Below, one piece after another: positions 61,747 through 64,000 of a stretch of DNA of 64,000 bases. The notes beneath the pieces are model-generated. The model did no database searches. It was not told where the DNA came from and saw nothing but the letters and a program-made list of their open reading frames with translations. Position 1 is the first letter of the stretch. Each line of letters opens with the position of its first letter. Source of the DNA: Thermoanaerobaculia bacterium (GTDB lineage: Bacteria > Acidobacteriota > Thermoanaerobaculia > Multivoradales > Multivoraceae); the NCBI GenBank assembly GCA_963664405.1, contig OY761158.1:2496001-2560000 (forward strand), written 5' to 3'. Both the position numbers and the translations under genes were made by a program.

Positions 61747-62353
61747 CTATATATATGGGTTCCTGGCCACCGGAACAAACTGGTCGAATAGCAGTTCGGA
61801 CCTCTCCGCATCGAGCAGAGCCCCGTTCTTCCCCACAAAACCCGTCGTGTATCCGGCGTCCCGCAGCAGCTTCGGATAACTCTCCCGGAGGAATTCCAGA
61901 CTCAGAGGCGGGGTGCCGAACGTGAACCCATGCGTTTGCTCGTGTAGGCCGGTGAGCACGGTGGCTCGACTGGACGGACAGATCGGAGTCGTAGCGAAAG
62001 CGTTAGGGAAGTACACGCCTCGCTCGGCAAGCCAATCGATATTCGGCGTCTCCAGAACCGGATGTAGGAAACCAAGAGAGTCGAATCTCTGATCGTCGGT
62101 GAACAGAAAAATGATATTGGGCCGATCGACCGGCCCGGCTAGCGCTCGGGTCGCTATGCCGACGCACAGTAGAACCGAAGTCAGTACAGTCGATGACAAA
62201 GATATGATCTGAGCTATGAAGCTCCCGAAGCGACCTTCTGCTAGAGCCTCCACCCCTTCAGTCTTTCTGCATCACTCTTTCGAGTCTAGCGGTTCAGCGG
62301 GAACGTGAGCCGACCGAGTTCGTCATACTCTCTGCTGAAAAGGCGGAAGTGAC

Positions 62354-63499
62354 ATGACGGTTGAACGAGACAAACACGGCTTTGACGCGCCGGTTCCGCT
62401 CAATCATCCAGCAAGGCGGGGATTGCCCCCCGGTCAGTCGACGGGTCCTGAGCCGGGCGAGCTTCTGCCGGGCTTCGTGCTGCCCGATGCCTTCGGCAAC
62501 CCGATCGACTTCCATCGCGATCGTGGCCAATCGGGAGCCGCGGTGGTCTTCTTCCGCTCCGCAGTCTGGTGACCGCCTTGCTGGACACAGCTCGGTGAGC
62601 TGCGCGATGCCTATCCGAAGTTCCAGGCGGCGGGGGTGAAGCTGTACAGCATCTCCTACGACGATCAGGAAGCCCTGGCAGCGTTCGCTCGGGGCCAGAA
62701 CATTCCGTTCCCGCTGCTATCGGATGTCGACTCAGAGGTCATCCGGCGCTACGGCGTTCTCAACACGGAGCTGACACCCGACGATGCCGTCCTCTACGGC
62801 ATACCGTTCCCCGGTACCTTCGTCACAGACAACGACGGTGTGGTGATCGCCAAGTTCTTCTACGACAGCTACAAGAAACGTGACAGCCCCGAGTACCTGC
62901 TCGATGTGGCGCTTGGCCGAATCGAGCTCGCAGACGACACGCCAACGACCACGGGTGGGGATGCGGAAGTGAAGATCACGGCCGCCGTGCACGGCGGCCG
63001 GGGAACCATCCGCCAGGGACTCATGCGAAAGCTCGTCGTCCGATTCGAGCTCGCCGATGGTCTGCACATCTATGGGCCACCGGTGCCCCACGGCATGATC
63101 GCGACGGAGGTGGCGATGAAAGGGCCGCCAGGGCTCGTGATCCTCGATCCAGTGCTGCCACCCACCGAGCCTCTGCGGATCGCGAGCCCCGAAATCGAGC
63201 TGGAGGTGTGGTCCGGCACCGTGGACATCGCGATTCCGTTTTACGCCACCGGCGAGCTCGTCAGTGAAGTCCGTCCCCTCGATGCCGAGAGTGCCATCGT
63301 CGAAGTGGAGGTCCGTTATCAGGCCTGCGATGACCAAACCTGCCTCCTTCCACGCCGCGAGACCTTTGAACTGGAAGTGCCACTGGATGTCGTGGACGTA
63401 CCGGCGCTAGGGATCCACATGGGCCATGGCCAACGCGAGGGCACCTACGACGCCGGGCCGCACATGAAGCGACTGTACGAGCGCAAGGCGAGTAAATAA
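62354..63499 (+). CDS. Peroxiredoxin-like selenoprotein (UxxC, Sec73; TGA at 62570-62572) fused to a DsbD-N-like domain (381 aa)
   Basis: GPEPGELLPGFVLPD...VVFFRSAVW-TGA-PPCWTQLGELR...ISYD...FPLLSD...PGTFVTD; C-terminal GLHIYG...YQACDDQTCLLP. Confidence 0.85.
62588..62602 (+). promoter_or_regulatory. SECIS-like hairpin
   Basis: CAGCTC-[GGT]-GAGCTG perfect stem; 21 nt between UGA and loop. Confidence 0.75.
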
Positions 63500-63615
63500 T
63501 TACCTCGAGTACGCTGTACGACGAACCGACAACGAGGTGCCGACGACCAGGTTCCACCCAAATATTCTGCCGCCCGGAGGGATGAATCTTCCGCCGCCGG
63601 TGGGTCAGGCAACCT

Positions 63616-64000
63616 CTATTGCATGCTTGCCCGCATGCGATCCAGCGCATCACCTCGCATGGCCAGTTTGTTACCGGCGTACGCCACAGCAGGCAGCTTG
63701 GCCAGCTCGGCTGCGGTCTCGAGTGCCCGGTCGACGGCTTCGCCGGCATCGACGAGCTGATCCAGGAAACCGGCCGCCAGTGCGTCCTCGGGGCCGTAAA
63801 TCTTGGATTGCGTGATCGCGGGTATCCATTCGGATTTGATCAGGCGGGCATGGAGGGGCTCCAAGGCCCAGCGGGGCAGAGTCATGCCCAAGGCCGTCTC
63901 GACCAAGCCAAACTTGTAGTCGCCGCGCTCACCAATGCGGGTATCAAACGCGGCTGCCCAGATGGCGCCAATCGTCAAGGTGTGGCCGGTGCAAGCGGCG
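63616..64000 (-). CDS. Enoyl-CoA hydratase/isomerase (crotonase), C-terminal part
   Basis: ACTGH..IGA...DTRIG...KFGLVETALGMTLP...YGPEDALAAGFLDQLV. Confidence 0.8.
   Translation of the reverse strand, partial: AACTGHTLTIGAIWAAAFDTRIGERGDYKFGLVETALGMTLPRWALEPLHARLIKSEWIPAITQSKIYGPEDALAAGFLDQLVDAGEAVDRALETAAELAKLPAVAYAGNKLAMRGDALDRMRASMQ

Larger units (their letters stand above)
60095..62253 (-). pseudogene. Sulfatase split by IS1380 and truncated at the TA module
   Basis: PNIIFLFTDDQR, CPSSR ... ARNPYI | IS | VREGEEIHATDYT...[17 protein letters not shown]; colinear with the sulfatase at 44865. Confidence 0.8.

Noticed and set aside
60228-61750. IS1380 as the autonomous partner of the CTAG MITE
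   Set aside because: Only the flanking CTA(G) is shared; the IRs (CCCCAATTCGCGAA vs ACCAGCGTTTCC) are unrelated.

Overview
High-GC bacterial accessory region. A Cys-containing ~110-aa repeat module in two secreted proteins tentatively suggests Acidobacteriota/Thermoanaerobaculia (from recollection, unverified). The window is rich in sulfatases, PHP/DUF3604 proteins and hydrolases, and carries four toxin-antitoxin pairs (MenAT1-like, VapBC, BrnT-type, RHH-RelE/ParE) and a decaying glycosyltransferase cluster. Signals the ORF track misses: (1) three probable selenoprotein genes split at in-frame TGA codons, namely two peroxiredoxin-like proteins (W-U-P-P-C; one membrane-anchored, one fused to a DsbD-N-like domain) and an AhpD-like protein (C-F-Y-U), each followed by a SECIS-like hairpin with GU in the loop; (2) seven copies of a CTAG-flanked palindromic 166-180 bp MITE, one inserted in frame into a gene and three at TAG stop codons; (3) remnants of an integron cassette array without integrase at 10.7-15.6 kb; (4) a four-gene IS21 element in a GT2 gene, an IS256 nested in a non-autonomous IS21-like element that cuts a signal peptide, and an IS1380 splitting a sulfatase. 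Many frameshifts, nonsense codons and truncations point to genome decay and/or sequencing error. No rRNA, tRNA or CRISPR array was recognised.
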